A stretch of DNA of 64,000 bases from an uncultured Haloferula sp. Its GTDB lineage: Bacteria > Verrucomicrobiota > Verrucomicrobiia > Verrucomicrobiales > Akkermansiaceae. The stretch is from contig CBFGTS010000003.1 in the NCBI GenBank assembly GCA_965652295.1, positions 192,001 through 256,000 of the forward strand. Reading direction: 5' to 3'. The position numbers were made by a program, and so were the translations under genes. The notes beneath the pieces are model-generated. The model was given only the letters and a program-made list of their open reading frames with translations. It was not told the origin of the DNA and made no database searches. This document shows positions 51,101 through 64,000 of the stretch, one piece after another (the first letter of the stretch is position 1; each line of letters begins with the position of its first letter).

Positions 51101-51181
51101 ATAACGCAAGTCAGAAATGACTACGGTATGCTCTGCGAGGGTTTCAAGCTGCTGGAATGCCATCGCGCAAAGGCCGTCCAC
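48146..51181 (-). CDS. Large secreted protein with C-terminal metzincin-like metallopeptidase motif (true start probably 51100 or 51025)
   Basis: Signal-like LALLGSAAA|Q, DxDxDG repeats, TLAHEIGHVMMGGGH...RLM. Confidence 0.75.
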   Translation of the reverse strand: MDGLCAMAFQQLETLAEHTVVISDLRYMWQKSSNPVVTDRRLKSPRVFVAAGMVSLALLGSAAAQQDDPLPPRWMEDVSALDGSVQTSWVFRSTAGVGYRVEFSRDLQDWEEIGNIYGLGHEHVVPLVERAPAPPPDPEAPGGEAVEVPSQHVSLMVAPAASPETGTILSWRSLDSGGSVVFRIPESLHQDWSEMPWFAHPYGDYYFFVLHLPTPQIPPQEESPLAEEDAAMVNEFRARLPEMNAAVANSVAVARAAPPPAPASPDGRGFVRISADWSLDSDSDGSPDWAEFAVMLDPEHPDSGLASPFQSDNDGDGVPDGQQLDSDGDSVPDSEDAVANDSLINWKKTPHSVYAVFELPISSLTTPGLWPEGPAGVDDVGRVMFSRKVWDRGEIVDYGEDALLYAMNDQGWVVGSQTFDDDLNESRESRRLVWWKKPGDGASEMRSGNDAARAPYDMAHGFLRFGSTLSNDGKIVVQNYKGVSSGSGSGVSWQQDQRVVWDLEPEGSEPVYTPAPPYAVFAHESGALWGYDWQNEEGFLTGAGGAAISLGKNEFRKMVEVGGENGNGGLVLLGEKVTPRARKSSSDWSPISKMKDLIDLSKDGTGVMREGLVWRNGRLYYLPEIAPGLDGEWKQARLLGMAGSGSLVAGLSSHEAPADFTRLLSAVPVRVEDDEFATGVDPVSATALKEDERQGGKIWVMVPGGGSEANASVVHAPVTPDRALTLSAGNVAITPATLDLGTTPVSWSSAATSSSEVDVDLGFEDADSVSHPIGVKVMKRREVKLHFWHVAQNNGVDGRVNPEHAFTKAEIEEFLDDIYGKQVNAYWDVETSGDVQPTPVYWDYGTGEDFQQEPGSGPASGNGSLDSNGSDIGTEQSKILTSAGVDAAADINVYFVGGAEQITVWRDFNSEFHGFGGYVGLAHPASRTVWLPGNTGRSKSGILNTLAHEIGHVMMGGGHPNDGGGPAPLAGTHHPDRLMYSNPFHTGLLRKRLLVKGEWDKIDEWLTEFID

Positions 51182-51438
51182 TCACATCTCCCGGTTCACG
51201 CCCGGAAGACCCGGACGAGCTATTTGTCCATCAGGTAAAAGCAATTTTGCGAGAAGAACGGCTCAAACGGGGCATCAGTTTCAGAAAATTGGAGAGCCTT
51301 TGTGGAATCTCGCACGGGTATCTCGCGCTTGCCGAGCGTTCCGATGTGCAGCCAACGCTTCTTGTGATCCGACGATGGACCAACGGTCTTGGAATCAGTT
51401 TGGAAGACGTCATCCGACGGGCCCACCAGGATTCTTGA
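51157..51438 (+). CDS. XRE family HTH regulator
   Basis: LREERLKRGISFRKLESLCGISHGYLALAER...PTL. Confidence 0.8.
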   Translation: MPSRKGRPLTSPGSRPEDPDELFVHQVKAILREERLKRGISFRKLESLCGISHGYLALAERSDVQPTLLVIRRWTNGLGISLEDVIRRAHQDS

Positions 51439-51460
51439 GATCGACTCGTTCCGCTCGAAG

Positions 51461-51577
51461 GAAACGCCGGAACCGAACCTGGTGGCGGGGATGAAGTGGT
51501 TGATGGGAGCTTACACTCAGAGCTGGAACCGCAGGCGCAAGCGGCGTGGGCACGTGTTCCAAGGGCGCTACAAGGGG
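51461..51577 (+). pseudogene. Internal fragment of a Y1/REP-associated tyrosine transposase
   Basis: ETPEPNLVAGMKWL...YTQSWNRRRKRRGHVFQGRYK; HUH and catalytic Tyr segments absent. Confidence 0.8.
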
Positions 51578-51678
51578 TGGTGGTCAATGGTGAGGGGAAC
51601 GGTGAGCCTTTCCGGACGCTTTCGGCGTTGGACAGAAAACGCAGCTTGAAAACCGCACGGATAGCGCACGCTCCCCCT

Positions 51679-51921
51679 GTGAAAACGATCACAACCACCA
51701 CCGCACGGTCCGATCTGTATCGCGTCACCGATTCGGCTCTTTCTGACCACGAGCCCGTGCAGATCACCGGCAAGCGCGGGAACGCCGTTTTGGTTGCGGA
51801 GTCCGATTGGAGGGCGATCCAGGAGACCCTGCACCTTGTGAGCATTCCGGGTATGCGGGATTCCATCCTCAAAGGGATGAAGCAACCGGTTGAGGAATGC
51901 AGCCGGGAGATCGACCTGTGA
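51679..51921 (+). CDS. Phd/YefM antitoxin
   Basis: ARSDLYRV...HEPVQITGKRGNAVLV...IQETLHLVSIPGM. Confidence 0.92.
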   Translation: MKTITTTTARSDLYRVTDSALSDHEPVQITGKRGNAVLVAESDWRAIQETLHLVSIPGMRDSILKGMKQPVEECSREIDL

Positions 51922-52181
51922 GCTACGATCTCGCCTATACCCGGCAGGCGAGAAAGGACGCGAAGAAGCTGAAGGGATCGCCATTCGCAGCCAAGGCGAG
52001 GGAACTGCTGGATTTGATCGCCAACGACCCCTTTGCCGGTCCTCCTCCATTTGAGGCCTTGGTCGGTGACCTGAAGGGAGCCTATTCGCGCCGCCTCGAC
52101 ATTCAGCGTCGCTTTGTTTATCAGGTCTTGGAGGAGGAGCAGATCGTGAAGGTGCTGCGACTCTCGACGCACTACGACTGA
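51918..52181 (+). CDS. Txe/YoeB toxin
   Basis: PPFEALVGDLKGAYSRRLDIQRRFVY...THYD; GTGA overlap with the antitoxin. Confidence 0.92.
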   Translation: MSYDLAYTRQARKDAKKLKGSPFAAKARELLDLIANDPFAGPPPFEALVGDLKGAYSRRLDIQRRFVYQVLEEEQIVKVLRLSTHYD

Positions 52182-52447
52182 AACCCAAGAGCCGATTCTG
52201 AACCCGCCTCACCGGGAGGGTAACCCGTCACGACGATACCATCCTCAACCCAATCACGCCTCACGAAGCCAAGTTCACGATTCAGATTCCATGAGCACAA
52301 TGAGAGCGCTCGCAATCAGCATGACCAGAAGCGCCCAACTACCTGACCTCCTTCGATTCCGCTGATTCATATGATCAGGACACTCAGCCCTCAGGCAACG
52401 CGCGGCTGCCATCAGGCGGTGGTGTGCGATGACGTTCCACCGGAACC

Positions 52448-52870
52448 ATGAAGATGAATCCTGCCATCGTTGGAACATGGATAATCGAATCGCCTGAACG
52501 ACAGGGTGAGCATGAGTATATTCATATTTGCAGCGATGGACGAATCGTGCACTTCACGTTTGCTCAACCGGAAGGTCACCGCGTCTGGTCGGTGAAGCTC
52601 TGGGCGACCCCGATGGGAGGCAATCATTACCAGATTCGTCCGAAACCGGTCCACGAAGGCTGGCCGGTCGAGATCCTCCCGTCCGAAAATGGGCTTCGAA
52701 CTGCGCACAACGAGAAGTCGCATTCGCTGCTTCCTGCTTTAGATGCCTGTTTGCCCAACTGGTTCAACAGCCGGCTTGAGAAGGCGCTTGCCGAGATGGC
52801 TGAGCTGGAAGAACAGGCACAAAAAGCCCAGCAAGCGGGAGATTGCGATGCTCCACAGCAGCCTCGTTGA
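52448..52870 (+). CDS. Hypothetical protein, cassette-like
   Basis: 140-aa lower-GC ORF (IVGTW...DGR). Confidence 0.6.
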   Translation: MKMNPAIVGTWIIESPERQGEHEYIHICSDGRIVHFTFAQPEGHRVWSVKLWATPMGGNHYQIRPKPVHEGWPVEILPSENGLRTAHNEKSHSLLPALDACLPNWFNSRLEKALAEMAELEEQAQKAQQAGDCDAPQQPR

Positions 52871-53125
52871 AGCCCCGTTTTTTGTGGTTCGCTGCTCTCA
52901 TGGGGATCGACGCCGCCAGGTGCCTGCGCCACCAAAGGAACCGATGATCCGGACTTTATCGTCCCATCCATCCCGGAAATCCTATTCATCCTTGATCCCA
53001 GATCCCCGGCAGCCGTCCCCTCACAAAACCCTCTGCGGCTCGCCGCTGTGCGGAAATTGCCGAAGTGTTCGCGCTTCCGGCATTGCCGTTGACCCGACGC
53101 CGAACTGCGGTTGACTCGTCCTGTT

Positions 53126-54316
53126 ATGGGCGTTCTTGTCATCAACTGCGGCTCTTCCTCGGTCAAATTCGCGCTTTTCGCCGCCAGCGACCCGCAACCG
53201 GCCGCCAGCGGCATTGTCGAGCGTCTCAACAGCCCCGGTGCCCGCGGCATCATGCATCTGGCCGGCGACGGATTCATCGAGCTGTCCGTCGAGGCACCCG
53301 GCGATCACACCGCCGCGCTGCGTGCCGCGCTCCAGGCCCTCCGCGCCCAGCCCGGGCTCGAGCCCGTCACCGCCATCGGTCACCGCGTCGTCCACGGCGG
53401 CCAGCGCTTCTCAAAACCGGCGCTGATCGATGCCGAAGTCCTCGCCGCCGTCCGCCTGCTCGCCCCGCTCGCTCCTTCCCACAACATCCCCAACGCCCTG
53501 GGCATCGAGGCCGCCTCCGCGCTCTTCCCCGGCATCCCGCAGGTCGCCGTGTTCGACACCGCCTTCCACCAGAGCATCGCGCCGAAGGTCTATCGCTACG
53601 CCATCCCCGAAGAACTCTACCGCGAGCACGACGTCCGCAGGTACGGCTTCCATGGCACCAGCCACGGATGGGTCGCCGCGCAGGCGGTGAAGGCGCTCGG
53701 CCTGCCCGACCACCACCGACTGCTCATCGCTCATCTCGGCAACGGTTGCAGCGCCACTGCGGTGCTGGACGGCCGGTCGGTCGACACCACCATGGGCCTG
53801 ACCCCGCTCGAGGGCCTCGTCATGGGCACCCGCAGTGGGAACGTGGACCCGAACCTCCACGCCTTCCTCCACCGGCAGACGGGCATGTCGCTTCAGGAAA
53901 TCACCGACCTCCTCAACCTGCGCTCGGGCCTCACCGGGCTGGCCGGCATTTCCGACATGCGCCAGCTCGCCGAAGCCGAGGCCGCGGGCGATCCCGCCGC
54001 CCACCTGGCGGTCGAGGTCTTCACCTTCCGGCTCGCCCGCGAACTCGCCGGCCTCTGCGTGGCGCTAGGCGGTCCGCCTGACGCCCTCGTCTTCACCGGC
54101 GGCATCGGAGAAAACTCGGCCATGATCCGCCGGGCGACCGTCGATCAACTCGGCGTGCTCAGCCTGAAGCTCGACGAGCCCGCCAACCTCGAGCACGGCC
54201 GCGCCACCGCCGGGCGGATCAGCCCGCATGGTACGAAACCTGCCGTACTCGTGATCCCGACCAACGAGGAATTCGCCATCGCCACCGCCACCCGCGAACT
54301 CACCGGCCAAGCCTGA
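53126..54316 (+). CDS. ackA: Acetate kinase
   Basis: INCGSSSVK, GHRVVHGG, FDTAFH, YGFHGTSH, FTGGIGEN, TNEE. Confidence 0.97.
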   Translation: MGVLVINCGSSSVKFALFAASDPQPAASGIVERLNSPGARGIMHLAGDGFIELSVEAPGDHTAALRAALQALRAQPGLEPVTAIGHRVVHGGQRFSKPALIDAEVLAAVRLLAPLAPSHNIPNALGIEAASALFPGIPQVAVFDTAFHQSIAPKVYRYAIPEELYREHDVRRYGFHGTSHGWVAAQAVKALGLPDHHRLLIAHLGNGCSATAVLDGRSVDTTMGLTPLEGLVMGTRSGNVDPNLHAFLHRQTGMSLQEITDLLNLRSGLTGLAGISDMRQLAEAEAAGDPAAHLAVEVFTFRLARELAGLCVALGGPPDALVFTGGIGENSAMIRRATVDQLGVLSLKLDEPANLEHGRATAGRISPHGTKPAVLVIPTNEEFAIATATRELTGQA

Positions 54317-54324
54317 TCTCCGTC

Positions 54325-56442
54325 ATGCCCCAGCACACTTTTCTCACCGTTCCGGTCGGCCGCAGCGTCGGCCTGACCTCTGTCAGCATCGGCCTCGTCC
54401 GCGCGCTCGATCGGCTGGGGGTGGACGTCGGATTTTTCAAGGCCCTCGGCCAGCCGCATCCCGGCGAGGATTTCGACCGCTCCTCCGCCTACCTCGAGGC
54501 CACCACCACGCTCACCCCTCCCCCGCCGATCCCCCACTCCACGGTCCGTCATGCCGTCAGCAAGGACGATATCGATGACCTCATGGAGGAAGTCGTCAGC
54601 CGCTACGAGCCGCTTCCACGGCAGCACGATGTCATCATCGTCGAGGGCCTCGTCAACACCCACGACCTGCCCAGCGCCACCAAGCTCAACGCCGCCCTGG
54701 CCCGGGCCCTCAACGCCGAAGTCGTGCTCGTGACCCGCCCGGAAGAGGGCGATACGGTCGAGGCCATCGCCGACCAGCTCGACCACGTCCTGCGCCAGCT
54801 GCCCGACCATTTCCGCCGCATCAAGCCGGCCGTGATGCTCAACCACGTCGATGTCGATGCCCTCGCCGCCGACCTCGGCACGACGACCGATGCGCCCAGC
54901 CTTCTCACCGCGCTTTCCGCGCAGCTCTCGGCGAAACAGGGCGACTACGAAATCATCGGCATCATCCCCGACAACCCCGACCTCGCCGCGCCCCGGATGT
55001 GTGACGTCGTCGATCTGCTCGGCGGTTCCGTCCTCATGGCCGGCGACATGGCCGGCCGCCGCATCAAACGGATTTCCCTCTGCGCCCGCACCGTGCCGAA
55101 CATGCTCGGTGCGCTCCGTTCCGGAAATCTCGTCGTCACCCCGTCCGACCGCTCCGACATCATCCTCGCCGCCGCGCACGCCGCCACACGCTCGATCCAG
55201 CTGGCCGGGTTGATCCTCACCTCCGACCTCGAGCCCGACCCGCAGGTCATGCGTTTCTGCCAGGACGCCTTTGAAGCCGACGGCGGCACTCCGGTCATCC
55301 GTGTCCCCGATTCCTCCTTCGACATCGCGCTCCGTCTCCACGATCTCAACCCCGAGCTGCCCGTCGAAGACGTCGAGCGCATCGGCCAGGTGATGGACAC
55401 TGTCGCCCGCTCGACCGACGCCAACTGGCTGCGCGAGCGTTGCGCCACCTATGTCGCCAAACGTCTTTCGCCGCCCGCCTTCCGCCACCGCATCGCCAAA
55501 ACCGCACGCGCCAATCTCAAACGGATCGTTCTACCCGAAGGCGACGAACCCCGCACCGTCCAGGCCGCCGTCCGCTGCGCCGAGCGCGGCATCGCCCGGT
55601 GCATCCTGGTGGGCGATCCCGAACAGATCCGGGAAGTCGCCCGCGTCAACAACCTCACGCTCCCGCCCCTGCTTGAGATCCTCGACCCCGAGCCCCAGCG
55701 CGCCCGTTTCCTGGAGCCGCTGCTGGAGCTGCGGAAAAGGAAGGGACTCACCGAACTCGCCGCCCAGGAGGCGCTGCGCGACAACGTCGTGTTCGCCACC
55801 ATGATGCTCGCGATGGACGAGGTCGACGGTCTCGTTTCCGGTGCCGTTCACAGCACGGCCGACACCATCCGGCCCGCGCTCCAGCTCATCCGCACCGCTC
55901 CCGACGCCCGCGCCGTTTCCTCCGTCTTCTTCATGTGTCTGCCCGATCAGGTCCTCGTGTATGGCGATTGCGCCGTGAACCCCGACCCCGACGCCGAGAC
56001 GCTGGCCGACATCGCCATTCAGAGCGCCAACTCCGCGAAGGCCTTCGGCATCGATCCGATCGTCGCCATGATCAGCTACTCCACCCTCGGCTCGGGTGCC
56101 GGCAGCGAGGTGGAAAAAGTCCGCCTGGCCACCGAGATCGCCCGCCAACGCGCGCCCGAGCTGATCATCGACGGCCCGCTGCAATACGACGCCGCCACCA
56201 TCGCCGAGGTCGCCGCGACCAAAGCCCCCGACAGCAAGGTCGCCGGCCGCGCCAACGTCTTTATTTTCCCCGATCTCAACACCGGCAACACCACCTACAA
56301 AGCCGTCCAGCGCTCGGCCAACGTCATCTCCATGGGCCCCATGCTCCAGGGCCTGCGCAAGCCGGTCAACGACCTCAGCCGCGGTGCCTCCATCGATGAC
56401 ATCCTCTACACCATCGCCCTCACGGCGGTGCAGGCGGGGTGA
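54325..56442 (+). CDS. pta: Phosphate acetyltransferase (long form with DRTGG domain)
   Basis: VGLTSVS, LSPPAFR, IVLPEG, DCAVNPDP, DGPLQYDAA, PVNDLSRG. Confidence 0.97.
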   Translation: MPQHTFLTVPVGRSVGLTSVSIGLVRALDRLGVDVGFFKALGQPHPGEDFDRSSAYLEATTTLTPPPPIPHSTVRHAVSKDDIDDLMEEVVSRYEPLPRQHDVIIVEGLVNTHDLPSATKLNAALARALNAEVVLVTRPEEGDTVEAIADQLDHVLRQLPDHFRRIKPAVMLNHVDVDALAADLGTTTDAPSLLTALSAQLSAKQGDYEIIGIIPDNPDLAAPRMCDVVDLLGGSVLMAGDMAGRRIKRISLCARTVPNMLGALRSGNLVVTPSDRSDIILAAAHAATRSIQLAGLILTSDLEPDPQVMRFCQDAFEADGGTPVIRVPDSSFDIALRLHDLNPELPVEDVERIGQVMDTVARSTDANWLRERCATYVAKRLSPPAFRHRIAKTARANLKRIVLPEGDEPRTVQAAVRCAERGIARCILVGDPEQIREVARVNNLTLPPLLEILDPEPQRARFLEPLLELRKRKGLTELAAQEALRDNVVFATMMLAMDEVDGLVSGAVHSTADTIRPALQLIRTAPDARAVSSVFFMCLPDQVLVYGDCAVNPDPDAETLADIAIQSANSAKAFGIDPIVAMISYSTLGSGAGSEVEKVRLATEIARQRAPELIIDGPLQYDAATIAEVAATKAPDSKVAGRANVFIFPDLNTGNTTYKAVQRSANVISMGPMLQGLRKPVNDLSRGASIDDILYTIALTAVQAG

Positions 56443-56463
56443 ATGGAGAGCCGATCAACCTGC

Positions 56464-56751
56464 CAGTGGCATGACCGTCCCGGTCATGAAAGGGGGAGCT
56501 TTTCGAACTCACCAAGCAGGCGACCGGATGAATCTTGTTCGGGGTTTCCCTTTCATGACCATTCCGATCAGAAGAAAGGAAGCTCCTCTCACCCGCCAAG
56601 CAGGCGACCGAGTCGCCTGCTCGTTGGGAGTTTCTGTCTTTCATGAGGCTCTCATCAGAAAAAAGGAGACTCTTCGGACCCGTTGAGCAAGCGACGGGGG
56701 GAACGCTCGCCCGAAGCACCCCCGCTCATGACCGGGACGGTCATGCCACTG
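56464..56751. mobile_element. Non-autonomous REP-bounded element (REPIN/BIME-like), 288 bp
   Basis: Perfect 26-bp terminal inverted repeats CAGTGGCATGACCGTCCCGGTCATGA, identical to the left end of the metH insert. Confidence 0.85.
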
Positions 56752-56776
56752 ATAGGCGACAAAAGCCTCAGAACCC

Positions 56777-56835
56777 ATCATCGCATCACGATATGATGAT
56801 TTGACTCTTGCGAGCCCGGGCGGATTCCTTAGGTT
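56777..56835 (+). promoter_or_regulatory. Candidate metH operator and sigma70-like promoter
   Basis: ATCATC..ATC-AC-GAT..GATGAT dyad at 56777-56800; TTGCGA-N16-TAGGTT ending 6 nt before the ATG. Confidence 0.4.
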
Positions 56836-56841
56836 GCCGGC

Positions 56842-61377
<4,536 letters not shown>

Positions 61378-61383
61378 CGGGGC

Positions 61384-62457
61384 TCAATCGGTGATCCCCG
61401 CCCTCAGGTCGAGGTAGCGGCGCACGGCGGCAATCCGGTTCTCGACTCCGAGCCGCTGGAACACCGCCTCGAGGTGTTTCTCCACCGTTCGTGGGCTGAT
61501 GTTCAGGATGATCGCCACTTCGGCACTGGTCTTGCCCTCGGCGATCCATCCCATGATCTCCTTCTGTCGCCGGGTCAGGACCGCGTTCAGCGCATCCTCC
61601 CCTCTCATCGCACTGGCGTCGAAATGCAGAAGGATGATCTCCCCGTCCGGACGCGGCAGGGCCATGAAGCTCACCGGACCCTGATCGCCGAACGGAATCT
61701 CCACGCTCCGGAACTCCGCCGTAACCGGATCGATCCAAGCCAGTGCGAGCTGCGTTTGAAGTTCGGCCAGGACCGTCCGATCGATTTTCCCAAACGCCTG
61801 GTCGTCCCCCCACCATGCCTCGGCGCGGCGGATGCCCTCGAAGTTGATGGGCAGCGTATCGCCATTGGAATGGACGAGAAACACGGCCGCATGGGCCGAG
61901 GGAGGCGATCCGAGGTAGAGCTTGCGGAACTGCCGCTCGACATTTCCGGCAGCCAGACGCTCGGCCATGATTCTGGCGGTGAGAAGCATCATGTCGAACA
62001 AGCGGCGATCGCTGTCGGCAAAGGCACCTTCTTTGCGCGGGATCAGCCAAAGCGTTCTGGTCCGCCCGTTCGCACAGAGCCGTCCACCGAGGAAATCGCT
62101 GCACGCATCCGTCAGAGGGAGCAGGTTCTTGAGTTCCCGCCAGGCCTTGCCTCCCGCTTTGAGCCCCACCCCCAGCTGGTCGGGGTTTTCGGAATCCATC
62201 TCCCGCATCACCGCGGCCAACACCCCCTGGGAGGCTTCGGCCCGGCCGAGCGGGCGGGCGAGCTCCTCACCCTCGCGGCCGCGGCCGATGCTCAGGACAT
62301 TTCCAGCGGGCGACACCGACAGCACCCATCCTTCTTCCTCGACTCCGGCAAGCTCGGGAAACCGCTGGCAGAGAAGGCCGACCATGGATCGGAAATCGGA
62401 GCAGCGCTGGAGGTCCAGCGCTAGCTGGATGAAGCGATCGTCAGGTTGGGAGGGCAT
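61384..62457 (-). CDS. LuxR family transcriptional regulator
   Basis: LTRRQKEIMGWIAEGKTSAEVAIILNISPRTVEKHL...LGVENR. Confidence 0.9.
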   Translation of the reverse strand: MPSQPDDRFIQLALDLQRCSDFRSMVGLLCQRFPELAGVEEEGWVLSVSPAGNVLSIGRGREGEELARPLGRAEASQGVLAAVMREMDSENPDQLGVGLKAGGKAWRELKNLLPLTDACSDFLGGRLCANGRTRTLWLIPRKEGAFADSDRRLFDMMLLTARIMAERLAAGNVERQFRKLYLGSPPSAHAAVFLVHSNGDTLPINFEGIRRAEAWWGDDQAFGKIDRTVLAELQTQLALAWIDPVTAEFRSVEIPFGDQGPVSFMALPRPDGEIILLHFDASAMRGEDALNAVLTRRQKEIMGWIAEGKTSAEVAIILNISPRTVEKHLEAVFQRLGVENRIAAVRRYLDLRAGITD

Positions 62458-62612
62458 GGGTGAGGGGAGGTGTCTATCGTAATCGCGCCGCGAAATCGTT
62501 ACGTAGCTCCACGTGATTTCGTCGTCGTTACTGTTTCGCCGTGAGGAAGTCCGGCAGATAGGGGCCGCCAACTACGATGCCAACCGTAATCGGCCGCCAT
62601 GGGGGCGGCGGC

Positions 62613-64000
62613 CTAACGCTTGCGCCGCAGGAACGCGGGCACGTCCAGATCCTCGCCATCGATGAGGCTGGGATCCGCACCCTCGAAACGTCCCTTCGGG
62701 CCGGAGTCGAACGTGAGTTCGCCCTGCCCCCCGGATTTCGCGGGACGGGACGGCTCCTCCTCGCTCAGGACCGGCGGGTCGCTCTTGGGTTCCGTGGCTG
62801 CCTCTGATTCGACCGCTTCGGGCTTTTCCCCCGGCGTTTCGTCTGGTGATGGCGGCGAAGGCTCGGCGAAGGGCACCTCCATTTCGGGCTCGGAATTCTT
62901 CGGCACAAACGGCCGCTTGCCCTTCGCTGAAATCCAGGACGGCACGGCAGGCACCTCGTCCTCGAAGTTGGGCAGATCTTCGATCTCGTCTTCAGGTTCC
63001 GGAGCGACGGCTGTGAGATCGGGTTCAAAAGGCGACAACGGTTTGGCTTCGCCAGCCGCGGTGGGAGGTGCCTCATCCGGCTCCGGGGCCGACGGCTTCT
63101 CCTCCTCGACGACCTGTTCCTTCTCCTCTTCCGCCGCCCAGGGTTCGGGTTCCGGATCCTTGATGTCTTCGGCCATCTGCTGCGGTTCGGCGGGCTCATC
63201 GAACGGGTTCTTCACGGCGGCCATGGGAGCCGTGGCGGCGGCAAAGCCCATGCTCGGCTCCAGGGCCGGGGAGCTGCGACGGTACTCCTCGTCGGGCATC
63301 GTGCGGCGGAGGCGCTCCTCCGGCAGCGAGCTGACCAAGGTGATGCTGAGCTGATCGGTCATGCTGGGGTCCACGGCGGCTCCGAAGAGAACCTGCGCCT
63401 TCTCCGGCACGTGCTTGCCGAGGCTTTCCATCAGCAGCTCGATCTCGAACAGCGTGAGGTCTTCGCCACCGCAGAGGTGGACGAGCACGGTCTGGGCGTC
63501 CTTGAGCAGCGCTCCCTGGTCGAGCAGCGGGCTGCCGAGCGCGTTGCGCAGCGCCTTTTGCGCACGGTCCTTGCCCCGGGCGATGCCGGAGCCGAAAAGG
63601 CAGCGCGAGCGGGTGGTGCGCAGCGCGCTCATCAGGTCGTCGAGCCCGACGTTGATCAGGCCGGGGCGGACGACCAGCCGGATGACGGCCTTGATGCTCT
63701 CCGAGATCATGCGGTCGGCCGCGGCGAAGGCCTCGTGAATCCCCTGCTTCGCCAGCACCAGCTCACCCATGCGGCTGTTGTCGAAGGTCACCAGCGCGTT
63801 CGAAAGGACGGCCAACTCATTGAGCGCGGTTTCCGCCTGCTCGCGGCGGCGTCGACCCTCGAATCCGAAGGGCATGGTGGCGAACATCACGACGAAGGCA
63901 CCTTCTTCGCGGGCGATGCGTGCGACGATCGGTGCCGCACCGGAGCCGGTGCCGCCACCGAGGCCGACGCAGACGAAAACGATCTTCCGTCCCTTGAATG
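62613..64000 (-). CDS. ftsZ: FtsZ, 5'-truncated by window edge
   Basis: Frame stays open to the edge: GLGGGTGSGAAP, PFGFEG, long acidic Pro-rich linker, C-terminal DLDVPAFLRR. Confidence 0.92.
   Translation of the reverse strand, partial: FKGRKIVFVCVGLGGGTGSGAAPIVARIAREEGAFVVMFATMPFGFEGRRRREQAETALNELAVLSNALVTFDNSRMGELVLAKQGIHEAFAAADRMISESIKAVIRLVVRPGLINVGLDDLMSALRTTRSRCLFGSGIARGKDRAQKALRNALGSPLLDQGALLKDAQTVLVHLCGGEDLTLFEIELLMESLGKHVPEKAQVLFGAAVDPSMTDQLSITLVSSLPEERLRRTMPDEEYRRSSPALEPSMGFAAATAPMAAVKNPFDEPAEPQQMAEDIKDPEPEPWAAEEEKEQVVEEEKPSAPEPDEAPPTAAGEAKPLSPFEPDLTAVAPEPEDEIEDLPNFEDEVPAVPSWISAKGKRPFVPKNSEPEMEVPFAEPSPPSPDETPGEKPEAVESEAATEPKSDPPVLSEEEPSRPAKSGGQGELTFDSGPKGRFEGADPSLIDGEDLDVPAFLRRKR

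Noticed and set aside
56443..56841. Cobalamin or SAM riboswitch upstream of metH
   Set aside because: No B12-box or SAM-I core recognised. The structure is explained by the REP-bounded element.

Overview
High-GC bacterial DNA, most likely Verrucomicrobiota (Haloferula/Luteolibacter-like). This assignment is inferred from the PEP-CTERM protein, the ECF sigma/Ser-Thr kinase pair and lineage-typical secreted proteins. From left to right the window holds: the edge of a probable tRNA-Leu(TAA) island, with a group II intron-type RT running off the left end (missing from the ORF track) and an excisionase-like gene; a pilin-like cluster; mutL and an iscA-like gene; an ECF/kinase pair with two paralogous surface proteins sharing one promoter motif; a Cus-type RND efflux operon; asnS and coaD; an arsR-arsP-arsE/F/G-like operon; a Na/Pi transporter; a CoA-transferase/GNAT/HDAC triple fusion; an accessory patch (zincin plus partner, XRE, RAYT remnant, YefM-YoeB); ackA-pta; metH; a LuxR regulator; and the 3' part of ftsZ. 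The top finding is that metH carries a codon-aligned 672-bp in-frame insert. It encodes an HUH/Y1 REP-associated transposase (RAYT) domain with no stop codon and is bounded by 31-bp inverted REP repeats. A non-autonomous element with the same ends lies just upstream of metH. The second finding is a single 950-aa protein joining a probably inactive CoA-transferase domain, an acetyltransferase and a deacetylase. All family assignments are from motif recognition by eye; no searches were run.
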